Source: a virus
Virus record (IMG/VR): IMGVR_UViG_3300037755_000512
DNA length: 64,000 bases
Direction: 5' to 3' (one strand)
The notes under the pieces are model-generated. The model saw nothing but the letters and a program-made list of their open reading frames with translations. It searched no databases and had not been told where the DNA came from. The translations under genes and the position numbers were made by a program. Position 1 is the stretch's first letter; every line of letters begins with the position of its first letter. Positions 48,895 to 56,474 of this stretch are shown in pieces.

Positions 48895-49277
48895 AAATCG
48901 GTTGTTACAGTCATTACATCATTAAAATCTAAGTAGGCGTAGATTGCTTTTTCAACCCTCTTGAGCCTATTGTGTTGAGGGGCATCAAAGACGTCTATGA
49001 ATATTTTTCCCTTCAGTTTTTCTTCCGCCAACGATCTGAGGTCCTTTGTTTTTGCAGCGTACTGCAATCCGTTAAGAGTAAAAGCAACCATTCTGACGTC
49101 GGAGTACAACCATCCCAATTCTCCATTTTGGTCTTTCACCTCCACCTCAAACACTAGCCGTCCAGTTAAATCGCCCAGCCAATAAGCCTCAAAACTCACC
49201 CTAGCTTTTATAGGGATGCTCTGATCGGCCTTGGCCACCAAGTCAAGGCAGTGCATAAATGAATCTTTAAGAAACAT
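48891..49277 (-). CDS. hypothetical protein (target of the leader-proximal CRISPR spacer)
   Basis: 128-aa ORF; protospacer at 48968-48997. Confidence 0.45.
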   Translation of the reverse strand: MFLKDSFMHCLDLVAKADQSIPIKARVSFEAYWLGDLTGRLVFEVEVKDQNGELGWLYSDVRMVAFTLNGLQYAAKTKDLRSLAEEKLKGKIFIDVFDAPQHNRLKRVEKAIYAYLDFNDVMTVTTDL

Positions 49278-49831
49278 TAGTAGTCGAGTGAGTCTTCTGT
49301 TTCGCCAGTCAGTTGCATGTATGGGAAAAAGCGGTCAATTACGACCTGAGCATCTTCGGTAGAGTTAGCCCAAATACCCTTGCCTTCCGACTCTTCGATT
49401 TTTCCATTTTTGTCGAGATATGATATCGTTGTCTTATAGCACTTTGACTCCTTTTTATCAGAGATCATGTCCATAATCGCCGAGAATGCTTTTTCATAAG
49501 AATCGTATTCAACTGAATTCCCCTCCGTGTTCTCCACAGCAACCTTGTTATTGTATGTGGCGAATACATTTATTCCACTGATTCTAGCGAGAGCCTTAAT
49601 AAAGTCGTTCTCGATAGAGTTGTGGGTCACCTTGTCTGTTAAGAAATTCCCAGCAATTAATTCGCTATAAAATTTGGGCGCTCGCTCTCGGAGATACTCC
49701 AAGAATTTTCTTTTCCGGTCAATACCGGACGCTAGTTTTAGTATTGGATTCATGATTGTTTTGGTTCGTGCATTAATATGTCTTCCTGAGTCATGCAGAA
49801 ATATTTCTTGCCCATAATTTCGTTCTCCCAA
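49277..49831 (-). CDS. hypothetical protein
   Basis: 184-aa ORF. Confidence 0.45.
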   Translation of the reverse strand: MGERNYGQEIFLHDSGRHINARTKTIMNPILKLASGIDRKRKFLEYLRERAPKFYSELIAGNFLTDKVTHNSIENDFIKALARISGINVFATYNNKVAVENTEGNSVEYDSYEKAFSAIMDMISDKKESKCYKTTISYLDKNGKIEESEGKGIWANSTEDAQVVIDRFFPYMQLTGETEDSLDY

Positions 49832-50397
49832 TCCGCATCTCTCGGGTATGCGATTACATCTCCAATTTTTACCGAAAGGGTTGGCGATCCTTTTAGCGGT
49901 GTTCCTATGTGGGAGAGGGTTGCAAATTTTGCATCATGTGGAACGTTGATAGCTGTTATTATCCCCGATGGTGATTTAATTACATTTATACCATCGTCAT
50001 TAACCACCCCTTCAGCCTGAATCGCCTCGCACAGAACTCGGCCTCCGATCATAACTATCTCTCCATTCCTTATGGCGGCAAATATGTACTCGTATGGCAC
50101 GAGATACAATCGCTCCCCGTTGTGCTCAATAGCCATTGTGTCGTCGATCGCCGAATAGTGTAAAACTACGTCGTCGTCCACCTGTACCTCGGGTACGATG
50201 TACTTATAAGGTATGCCGTTACTCATTCCACGTGGAACATTTACGACATGCCCCATAGTCTGGGCGTACTTACTCACGTCCTCAAGCCCCTCCGTGCCTG
50301 CCACCTTCAGCTCGAGTGAACCGTAGTGAATCATGTCTACTTTCTCTGATTCAACGGTGACAAGCACATGGTTGAGAATGGGCTGCGGGTAAGTCAT
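49750..50397 (-). CDS. hypothetical protein (215 aa)
   Basis: ORF; possible duplicated beta-barrel segments. Confidence 0.4.
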   Translation of the reverse strand: MTYPQPILNHVLVTVESEKVDMIHYGSLELKVAGTEGLEDVSKYAQTMGHVVNVPRGMSNGIPYKYIVPEVQVDDDVVLHYSAIDDTMAIEHNGERLYLVPYEYIFAAIRNGEIVMIGGRVLCEAIQAEGVVNDDGINVIKSPSGIITAINVPHDAKFATLSHIGTPLKGSPTLSVKIGDVIAYPRDADWENEIMGKKYFCMTQEDILMHEPKQS

Positions 50398-50402
50398 TAT
50401 CC

Positions 50403-50870
50403 TTAAAACCCTTCATTTATCTCTACGCCGGCACGGCGAAACTCGTTCTCGAAGTACTTCCCAAACAGCTGCTCAAAGAGTTTTTTCTTCTGCTCAAGTT
50501 CGTCGGTTTCGGCTCTCTTCTTCTCGATCTCAGAATTGAACCTATCAAGAACTTGTTGCTTGCTGACTGGCAAGTCCCAATCATTCAACGGGCAAATCTC
50601 AGCGGTCTTTGTGGTGCTATTGAAATAAAGGAACTTAATCGTGGCCGAGCTATATTCAGTCTCCAGATAAGCGATTACAATTGTCGGATGCTGTTCGAAC
50701 TGGTCAAACCCAATGATTGTTCCTATGTAAGACTTGAATGTATCACCATAAGATTCCTTAATAAGAACCTTGATGTTGTCGCCAACCTTGTAGTTATCAA
50801 CTACTTTAGCATGCCTGAGATCGACCTCCATCTTGACGCCGTTAATCTCTATGATTTTAGTCTGTACCAT
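50403..50870 (-). CDS. hypothetical protein
   Basis: 155-aa ORF; palindromic GCGTAAATATTACGC box upstream at 50913-50927. Confidence 0.45.
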   Translation of the reverse strand: MVQTKIIEINGVKMEVDLRHAKVVDNYKVGDNIKVLIKESYGDTFKSYIGTIIGFDQFEQHPTIVIAYLETEYSSATIKFLYFNSTTKTAEICPLNDWDLPVSKQQVLDRFNSEIEKKRAETDELEQKKKLFEQLFGKYFENEFRRAGVEINEGF

Positions 50871-51180
50871 GATGCAAATAAAGGAAAAGCTTATATATAA
50901 TACAAGGGTAGTGCGTAAATATTACGCCTACCGAGAGGGTTGAAAAAATAAAACATCCGGAAAATGTTGCATTATAGGATTATACGCAGTATATTTGTGT
51001 TAATATTACATTATGAAAAGAAGTTTACGCCACAGTTATCAGCTACCCTTGTCCTCACCGACACAGGAGGCCTACGCTATGGAGTAAATTCAAAATACTA
51101 GTTTGACAAAACCCATTACTCCCCCGCTTAGGCCTTGACGAAAGTTGAGGCCTTTGTTTTTTGTGTGGGTTAAATTAAAT

Positions 51181-51257
51181 CGCGGAGCGATCCACAAAGA
51201 GAGAGGTTACCCGCCTTGGAAGCGGGGTTATTGCAAGTTCGAGTCTTGCCTTCGCGA
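51181..51257 (+). tRNA. tRNA-Pro (anticodon TGG), irregular D-arm
   Basis: Hand-folded: acceptor cgcggag/cttcgcg, anticodon arm cccgc-cttggaa-gcggg, T-arm gcaag-ttcgagt-cttgc; D-arm lacks the usual GG and pairs poorly. Confidence 0.4.
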
Positions 51258-51327
51258 CGGAACGTATTTCTGGCTCGAGTCCAGACGAAGGTCGGTCAGG
51301 GATTTCTGTAGTGTAATCGGCAACACG

Positions 51328-51412
51328 CGTTCATATCCTGATCCGCCAGAGCTGGGACTGTCTGTAAAACAGTTGCCTTCTGGCTGAGTGGGTTCGAATC
51401 CCACGTGATGGA
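51328..51412 (+). tRNA. tRNA-Tyr-like (anticodon GTA), long variable arm; 5' end uncertain
   Basis: Anticodon arm actgt-ctgtaaa-acagt at 51357-51373, T-arm gtggg-ttcgaat-cccac at 51386-51404; could not pair a clean acceptor stem. Confidence 0.3.
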
Positions 51413-51419
51413 CTAATAT

Positions 51420-51492
51420 TTCTGGTTAGTATAACGGCAAGTACGCCTGACTTTGACTCAGGTATCTGTCAGTTCGACTCCGACCTTTCACC
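51420..51492 (+). tRNA. tRNA-Gln-like (anticodon TTG), acceptor stem apparently unpaired (possible pseudo-tRNA)
   Basis: D-arm gtat-aacggcaa-gtac, anticodon arm cctga-ctttgac-tcagg, T-arm gtcag-ttcgact-ccgac; the 5'/3' ends do not form a 7-bp stem. Confidence 0.3.
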
Positions 51493-51555
51493 CTTAATGG
51501 AAAATATTATTTACAATAAACGGCTGTTTTTGTAAAGAATATTTGACAACACTAT

Positions 51556-51600
51556 CCTCCTGTAGTTTAACTGGTCGGGGTTCGAATCCCCGCAGGAGGC
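51556..51600 (+). other. 45-nt tRNA-like minihelix (acceptor stem + consensus T-arm only)
   Basis: cctcctg ... cgggg-ttcgaat-ccccg caggagg c: perfect 7-bp acceptor-like stem plus canonical GGTTCGAATCC T-loop, with no D or anticodon arm. Confidence 0.3.
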
Positions 51601-51621
51601 CTGAGAGGATTGCAAAAAAGA

Positions 51622-51710
51622 GCCCCAGTGATGGAATTGGCGAGACATGTCAGATTTAGACTCTGATGCGAAATAACAGTAGCGTGTAGGTTCGGGTCCT
51701 ACTTGGGGTA
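51622..51710 (+). tRNA. tRNA-Leu (anticodon TAG), type II
   Basis: Acceptor gccccag/ttggggt (2 G-U), D-stem atg/cat, anticodon arm tcaga-tttagac-tctga, long variable arm, T-arm gtagg-ttcgggt-cctac. Confidence 0.55.
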
Positions 51711-51715
51711 CTTAT

Positions 51716-51805
51716 AGGCTCATGGTGAAAACGGTAAACACGTCAGGCTTAAACCCTGATGCGAACTAAAAAATAAGCTTGCCGGTTCGAGTCCGGCTGG
51801 GCCTA
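51716..51805 (+). tRNA. tRNA-Leu (anticodon TAA), type II
   Basis: Acceptor aggctca/tgggcct, D-stem gtg/cac with GG loop, anticodon arm tcagg-cttaaac-cctga, long variable arm, T-arm gccgg-ttcgagt-ccggc. Confidence 0.55.
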
Positions 51806-51941
51806 CTATATGGAGAGTAAACCTGCTAGGGTAGGGGCGCTCTGCTAAGGCGCACGTGCGGTAATACGCATGTGGATCATGACCACTGCTCTCCGCGTTC
51901 ATTACAGTAAACGAACGTTTACTAATTTTGTTTAATGTTAC

Positions 51942-52024
51942 GGAGGTCGTCCGAATGAACGAGGACACTATTTTGAAAACAGCTGGGCTTAACGGCTTTG
52001 GGGGTTCGATTCCCTTGGCCTCCG
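51942..52024 (+). tRNA. tRNA-like gene, identity unresolved
   Basis: Acceptor ggaggtc/ggcctcc and T-loop ttcgatt present; anticodon arm could not be resolved by hand. Confidence 0.3.
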
Positions 52025-52159
52025 CTGACCAAGGGATATATTAAAGATGTTAAGAGAAGGGATGGAGCTCTACCCCCCACCCTTCCATTCATTGTATGCT
52101 TTTAAATATATAACCGCAAAAACACTAAAAAATATATGCTTTTACGTCGGTCTCCCCAG

Positions 52160-52226
52160 AGTTCATGGTGAGATTCGAACTCACGCTTCGAGTTTTGCAG
52201 ACCCGATTTTGCACCGAGCCATGAAC
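52160..52226 (-). tRNA. tRNA-Cys-like (anticodon GCA) with a shortened D region
   Basis: Minus strand: acceptor gttcatg/catgaac, anticodon arm cgggt-ctgcaaa-actcg, T-arm gtgag-ttcgaat-ctcac; only ~14 nt where a D-arm should be. Confidence 0.25.
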
Positions 52227-52354
52227 TTAAAAAAACCCCACAAGGTGCGCTTGGATCAGAGGCGTATGGGGTGTGTTGGGCGACAGGAGAGGGTTGAAGC
52301 AAAAGACTCGTTCTTGGGGCGCTGTTCTTATGGGTGAGCGTGGCGAGTACTTCG

Positions 52355-52426
52355 TGCAAAGGGCTGGAGTCGAACCAACGGCCACCGGCTTTTCAGACCG
52401 GCACTCTACCACTGAGTTACCGATGC
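52355..52426 (-). tRNA. tRNA-Phe (anticodon GAA); acceptor stem has 2 central mismatches
   Basis: Minus strand: gcatcgg-ta-actcagtggtagagt..., anticodon arm ccggt-ctgaaaa-gccgg, T-arm gttgg-ttcgact-ccagc, 3' acceptor cctttgc. Confidence 0.45.
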
Positions 52427-52435
52427 AATTTAGTA

Positions 52436-52522
52436 GCGGAGGTGGGAATCGAACCCAGTAGAAGTGCTTATGAGACACCCAAGCTCACCAGAGCTGCCTA
52501 CAACCGCAATTTTGTAGTGATG
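52436..52522 (-). tRNA. tRNA-Met/Ile-like (anticodon CAT); acceptor pairing not found
   Basis: Minus strand: D-stem aggc/gctt, anticodon arm ggtgt-ctcataa-gcact, T-loop ttcgatt; possible pseudo-tRNA. Confidence 0.25.
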
Positions 52523-52595
52523 ATAGGTTACGATCCTACTCTCTCGAACGTATCAGATTCGCGCTTTCCCGATTAAGCTACATCACTATTTTTAG

Positions 52596-52670
52596 TTCCG
52601 CCGGTGGGAATCGAACTCACTTTTTGTCTGGTTAAAAGCCAGAAGCAATACCAAATTTTGCTACGACGGA
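52596..52670 (-). tRNA. tRNA-Lys (anticodon TTT)
   Basis: Minus strand: acceptor tccgtcg/cggcgga, anticodon stem ctgg/ccag with loop cttttaa, T-arm gtgag-ttcgatt-cccac. Confidence 0.5.
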
Positions 52671-52851
52671 GTAAACCTTGTCGTAGTCCTTTTTATTTGT
52701 TTTCATATTAGCTTTTGTTTGCTGTTACTATTTTTAACCTTTAATGTAACAATCTTGTTAGTTACAACTTTGTTAGTTGGCCCTGCGGGTACCGATCCCA
52801 CGCCCTGTTCATTATGAGTGAACTGCTCCTCCATTAAGCTAAGGGCCGATG

Positions 52852-52923
52852 AACTCCTGTCGGGATTCGAACCCGAACTGATGAGGTAGAAACACATAGT
52901 TCTTCCGATTAAACTACAGGAGT
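52852..52923 (-). tRNA. tRNA-Arg-like (anticodon TCT)
   Basis: Minus strand: perfect acceptor actcctg/caggagt, D-stem agtt/aact, anticodon loop tttctac, T-arm tcggg-ttcgaat-cccga. Confidence 0.4.
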
Positions 52924-52957
52924 TTATTAGAATAATCTATGTCTTCTTCTTTCCATG

Positions 52958-53030
52958 AGGTCCCTCAGAGAATCGAACTCTGTATCTTCTGGTTACAAAT
53001 CAGTGGCATCGCCAGCAATGCTTAGGAACC
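52958..53030 (-). tRNA. tRNA-like gene, anticodon unresolved
   Basis: Minus strand: acceptor ggttcct/agggacc, D-stem gcat/atgc, T-arm cagag-ttcgatt-ctctg; anticodon arm irregular (ctg-atttgtaac-cag). Confidence 0.3.
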
Positions 53031-53055
53031 TTTTTATTTCGCATTTCGCGAATTG

Positions 53056-53127
53056 CACGGGTGGTAGGACTCGAACCTACAGTCACGGTTTTGGAGACCG
53101 TTGGTTTACCGATTAACCGACACCGGT
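53056..53127 (-). tRNA. tRNA-Trp (anticodon CCA)
   Basis: Minus strand: D-stem ggtt/aacc, anticodon arm acggt-ctccaaa-accgt, T-arm gtagg-ttcgagt-cctac; one C-C mismatch in the acceptor stem. Confidence 0.5.
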
Positions 53128-53161
53128 GTTTTGAGAGGTTGTAAATGCAATCCTCTCGGTG

Positions 53162-53233
53162 AGGGAAGGGAATGATTCGAACATTCGTAAGGCACATTAA
53201 CAGTGTGCTGCCTGACCACTAGGCTACCAACCC
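53162..53233 (-). tRNA. tRNA-Asn (anticodon GTT); acceptor has 2 U-U mismatches
   Basis: Minus strand: gggttgg-ta-gcct-agtggtc-aggc, anticodon arm gcaca-ctgttaa-tgtgc, T-arm gaatg-ttcgaat-cattc. Confidence 0.45.
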
Positions 53234-53242
53234 TTTTTATTG

Positions 53243-53315
53243 CAGTACTGACGGGAGTCGAACCCGCTCCGTTCTTCGTGACAGGAAGACATCTTATCCA
53301 TTTGACCTCAGCACT
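53243..53315 (-). tRNA. tRNA-Asp (anticodon GTC)
   Basis: Minus strand: acceptor agtgctg/cagtact, anticodon arm tcttc-ctgtcac-gaaga, T-arm gcggg-ttcgact-cccgt. Confidence 0.5.
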
Positions 53316-53425
53316 GTGATAGTCCGACAGGGTCGAGCGGTTGACCTGACGCTTTTGATCCGCAACTCCCAGTTGAATGTACGCTTTACTGGGCACGTCA
53401 TTTCGACCCTGTCGGAACTTTGTTG

Positions 53426-53500
53426 TGGAACCATAGGGGATCGAACCCTACTCGCGGATCTTGCAAGGATCTGCCGCCAAGCCGAGGAACATGTGGCCCC
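53426..53500 (-). tRNA. tRNA-Ala (anticodon TGC)
   Basis: Minus strand: acceptor ggggcca/tggttcc (2 G-U), anticodon loop cttgcaa, T-arm taggg-ttcgatc-cccta. Confidence 0.45.
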
Positions 53501-53673
53501 AAATTAAAAAGCTCCAGATTTTACTTTGGAGCTTTTTTGTCGACATCTATTCACCTTACTAAATGAGTTGCTCCAATGGAATACCTCCCTTGCCCCAATT
53601 AATTGTGGCGCCGTTCATTCTCGCGATATTAAAGCAACTCATTTTCATTTCATGTAGTTTTATACCAAAAATA

Positions 53674-53720
53674 TATACATCATATCTGTCAGGGGACTTG
53701 TGAAGTCCCCTGACAGATAT
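53674..53720. promoter_or_regulatory. perfect 19-bp inverted repeat with 9-bp loop (bidirectional terminator or recombination/regulatory site)
   Basis: catcatatctgtcagggga-cttgtgaag-tcccctgacagatatgatg. Confidence 0.6.
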
Positions 53721-53807
53721 GATGTCATTGCCTTTTGATAGCTTTCAAACTCATCGTTAGAAGCGTAATTCAATTGGATAGAGCGTCGTTGGTGGTAACA
53801 CGGTTAG

Positions 53808-53882
53808 TACTGCTGACGAGACTCGAACTCGCTAGTACACGCCTTGAAAGGGCGCGGCCTCGACCACTTCGGCTTCAGCAGC
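53808..53882 (-). tRNA. tRNA-Glu (anticodon TTC)
   Basis: Minus strand: acceptor gctgctg/cagcagt, anticodon arm gcgcc-ctttcaa-ggcgt, T-arm gcgag-ttcgagt-ctcgt. Confidence 0.45.
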
Positions 53883-54095
53883 GTAACGCTCCTCAGCTTC
53901 AGTTTGTTCGAATGAGATCAGCAGTTCTTTTTTCATCATGGCGTAAATATAACGCAATAAATTTGATAATGTAACATTTCCGGATGTTTTATTTTCTAAA
54001 TGTCTTCCCGCACCGGCGACACTTGTATCTTATTGTGAATCTGCCGGTGTGAATCATTTCGAGTTTGTGATCGAAAAGAAAACACAGTATCTGTT

Positions 54096-54470
54096 TCATT
54101 TTGCCAGAAATATAAATAGCCTTTCCCCAAGGTACCCCGCCAGATAAGCTTGGGGCTCGTCGTTTTCTATGTCATGAGCGATCCCTCTTGTTATACATAG
54201 GTAATTAACCGCGTGAATAATTTCATGGAAGACAACATTAACGCTAAGCTCGTCCTCTTGAAAAACCATACATAAAACCCCCTTATTGTCTACATATGTC
54301 ATGGCCGCAGCATCCTCGGCTTCCAGACCAAGCGCGTCGACTATATCCACCACCACAACCTGCCGCACCTCCATGTTGTAAATAGGGATTACGTAGGTTG
54401 TATCATTCAGAATTTGCGCACTTCCGGATATCGACACTAGCAGAAAGAAAGTCATAAGAAGTCTTTTCAT
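54096..54470 (-). CDS. small secreted HExxH protein (putative minimal zinc metallopeptidase)
   Basis: Signal peptide MKRLLMTFFLLVSISGSAQ; single HEIIHAV motif with downstream acidic HDIENDE; start trimmed to the signal-peptide Met so that it is coupled by a 4-bp overlap to the upstream SPFH gene. Confidence 0.4.
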   Translation of the reverse strand: MKRLLMTFFLLVSISGSAQILNDTTYVIPIYNMEVRQVVVVDIVDALGLEAEDAAAMTYVDNKGVLCMVFQEDELSVNVVFHEIIHAVNYLCITRGIAHDIENDEPQAYLAGYLGERLFIFLAK

Positions 54471-54979
54471 TGCATTAACCTTATGGTTGGAATTTTTCCC
54501 AAAGACTTTATTGTGACCTTGACGACTTTGATCCCCCATTGTGTAGCTTCTTTTTTCGCCAGCTTTATAATCTCGTCTTCAAGATCCAGATTGTTCACGC
54601 TTGCATAGGGCGTGGCGATGATCACCGACCTTATTATGGCTTGGGTCAGTTCCGCCACAGCATCCACTTCATTATCCACGTCGAGCAAGGCAACGGCGGG
54701 ATTTTTTATTTCGTACTTAACTATCGCCTGAAGGCCTACTGTTACGCCGTCAGCAGTGGTTATGGTTTGTACGCCGAGCTCTTTTACCGACGGGACATGA
54801 TTGATAGTTAGGATTTTGTCGAACTTAAATGGGAGCTGCCAGTGTAACCCCTCGGTGAGAATTTTTCTGTTTGATTTTCCGAACCTTATCCTTACGCCCT
54901 GCTCGTAAGGATCTATCACTTCCCAAAACCTGAACAAGTCAAGGCAGTCGATCAGTAGCTCTACTAGTTTATCAAACAT
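54467..54979 (-). CDS. SPFH/band-7 (stomatin/prohibitin-like) domain protein
   Basis: ...GVRIRFGK...LHWQLPF...KILTINHVPSVKELGVQTITTADGVTVGLQAIVKYEI... matches the SPFH core. Confidence 0.6.
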   Translation of the reverse strand: MFDKLVELLIDCLDLFRFWEVIDPYEQGVRIRFGKSNRKILTEGLHWQLPFKFDKILTINHVPSVKELGVQTITTADGVTVGLQAIVKYEIKNPAVALLDVDNEVDAVAELTQAIIRSVIIATPYASVNNLDLEDEIIKLAKKEATQWGIKVVKVTIKSLGKIPTIRLMQ

Positions 54980-55325
54980 TCTTAATGATTTAAGAGTTTA
55001 GGTTCTAAAAAACTCTGCTTTTAGATTCTCAGTTGGTTTTGAGGAGCTTTCATATAACCCCCCTTTCCCCCCATTAAGAAAAATGGACGAAAAGGAAGTT
55101 TTTTGGGCTCAAGAATCTGCTTTTGAGTTCTTCAGTGTTTCGTGTCGCCTCCATCCGATATTAAGAAGATGATCTGTTTAAAGTGCTTCATCGAGGCATA
55201 TCGGAGCCTCCCCCGCACTATAAGACGCAATGTAAGTAAACTTTACGTACAAAACAAATTTTAGTGTACAATTTATTTTACGTGGTCCTCTTGCATATAA
55301 TGTACGCAATGTATACCTTGCACTC

Positions 55326-55865
55326 ATGTTGGCAATAGAACTGAAATCTGACGGCTTGATAATGAAGGCCTATAATTATGCGAGAAAGTGTCATGACGGC
55401 ACTAATCAGGAGTATGACGGCAATTCGTACATGGTCCATGTGATAGGTGCATTTGGGTATGCAGCGAAATATATAGACCTGATATCTAAGCCGGATCGGG
55501 CCACGGTCCTTGCAGCAGTCTTTGCCCATGATGTTATTGAAGACACGCGTCAAACATACGGCGACGTGAAGAAAGAGCTAGGGGAGAGAGTTGCAGAAAT
55601 TGTATATGCTGTAACTAATGAGAAGGGAAAAAACAGGAAAGAGAGAGCTAATGATGTTTATTATTCAAGAATAAGGCGGAAAAAAAACGCCGACTTCGTG
55701 AAGTTGTGTGACAGGCTGTCTAACGTAAGGTATTCGGTCGATCACGGGGCGAGTCAAGCTAAAATGTACAGAAATGAGAATAAGCTATTTGTGTACGAAG
55801 TAACAAATCGCCACGGCCATCTCCAGCCAATGATTAGTGAATTATATTACCTGTTAAGCGAATAA
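55326..55865 (+). CDS. HD-domain (RelA/SpoT-like) small alarmone hydrolase
   Basis: H...HDVIEDT metal-binding signature (VFAHDVIEDTRQTYGD) and spacing typical of (p)ppGpp hydrolase HD domains; 179 aa with no synthetase domain. Confidence 0.65.
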   Translation: MLAIELKSDGLIMKAYNYARKCHDGTNQEYDGNSYMVHVIGAFGYAAKYIDLISKPDRATVLAAVFAHDVIEDTRQTYGDVKKELGERVAEIVYAVTNEKGKNRKERANDVYYSRIRRKKNADFVKLCDRLSNVRYSVDHGASQAKMYRNENKLFVYEVTNRHGHLQPMISELYYLLSE

Positions 55866-55866
55866 T

Positions 55867-56067
55867 ATGAGAAAATTCCTAAAAGAACTTTTTGACAGCA
55901 GCGGAGCAACATCATTGACCGTTGTCGCTGCTGTCACAATAGTTGGTAGCGGCACTTATGACGCTATTACATACGGATATATTGACACAGACGTTCCATT
56001 CTTGATGGGTGGTTTGTATGTGCTGGTCATGCTTTGCGTCTGGATCGACAAAAAAATCAAAGAATGA
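55867..56067 (+). CDS. small membrane protein
   Basis: 66 aa with two hydrophobic helices. Confidence 0.35.
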   Translation: MRKFLKELFDSSGATSLTVVAAVTIVGSGTYDAITYGYIDTDVPFLMGGLYVLVMLCVWIDKKIKE

Positions 56068-56474
56068 TAAGTGTAATTTTATTGTTCGTAGTTGGTTTGG
56101 CTTACTCGTATCGGGAATGGAGAGAGTTCCGAGGAGGATCTCTTGAAAACCGATACGGGTTTTGGGGTAAGGATAGCTGGGTAAGGAAGTATAAATACGA
56201 ATTTTTTCTTGGTGCTTTGTCCTTTGAATGCGTGTCAAAACGAAACCTGTACTACAGGATTTTCGGAATCAGATACAAAGAAGCATTTCCCTTTTCGGCG
56301 ACAGCGCTAGTATGGCTGACCGATTGGTACCATGCCTTTCAGTTTGTAATGCTTAAAGCAATATTTCTAGCAGTGTACTTCCGAGAGGATTGGAACAACT
56401 GGCCGCTGGAAGTTGGGTCGTATGCAGCCGCGTATTATTTGGGGTTCAACCTAATCTGGAAAAGACAGAGGTGA
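56034..56474 (+). CDS. multi-TM membrane protein
   Basis: 146 aa with several hydrophobic segments. Confidence 0.4.
   Translation: MRLDRQKNQRMISVILLFVVGLAYSYREWREFRGGSLENRYGFWGKDSWVRKYKYEFFLGALSFECVSKRNLYYRIFGIRYKEAFPFSATALVWLTDWYHAFQFVMLKAIFLAVYFREDWNNWPLEVGSYAAAYYLGFNLIWKRQR

Noticed and set aside
51720-52576. Small ORFs predicted inside the tRNA cluster (for example 51720-51968, 52047-52337, 52227-52478)
   Set aside because: They overlap hand-folded tRNA genes on both strands and have no coding features; they are almost certainly open frames by chance in structured RNA DNA
53762-53784. Plus-strand sequence gcgtaattcaattggatagagcg resembling a tRNA 5' half (acceptor + D-arm)
   Set aside because: No anticodon arm or T-arm follows on the plus strand; the minus strand here encodes the tRNA-Glu-like gene's neighbourhood. 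Kept only as a note under the tRNA-cluster finding
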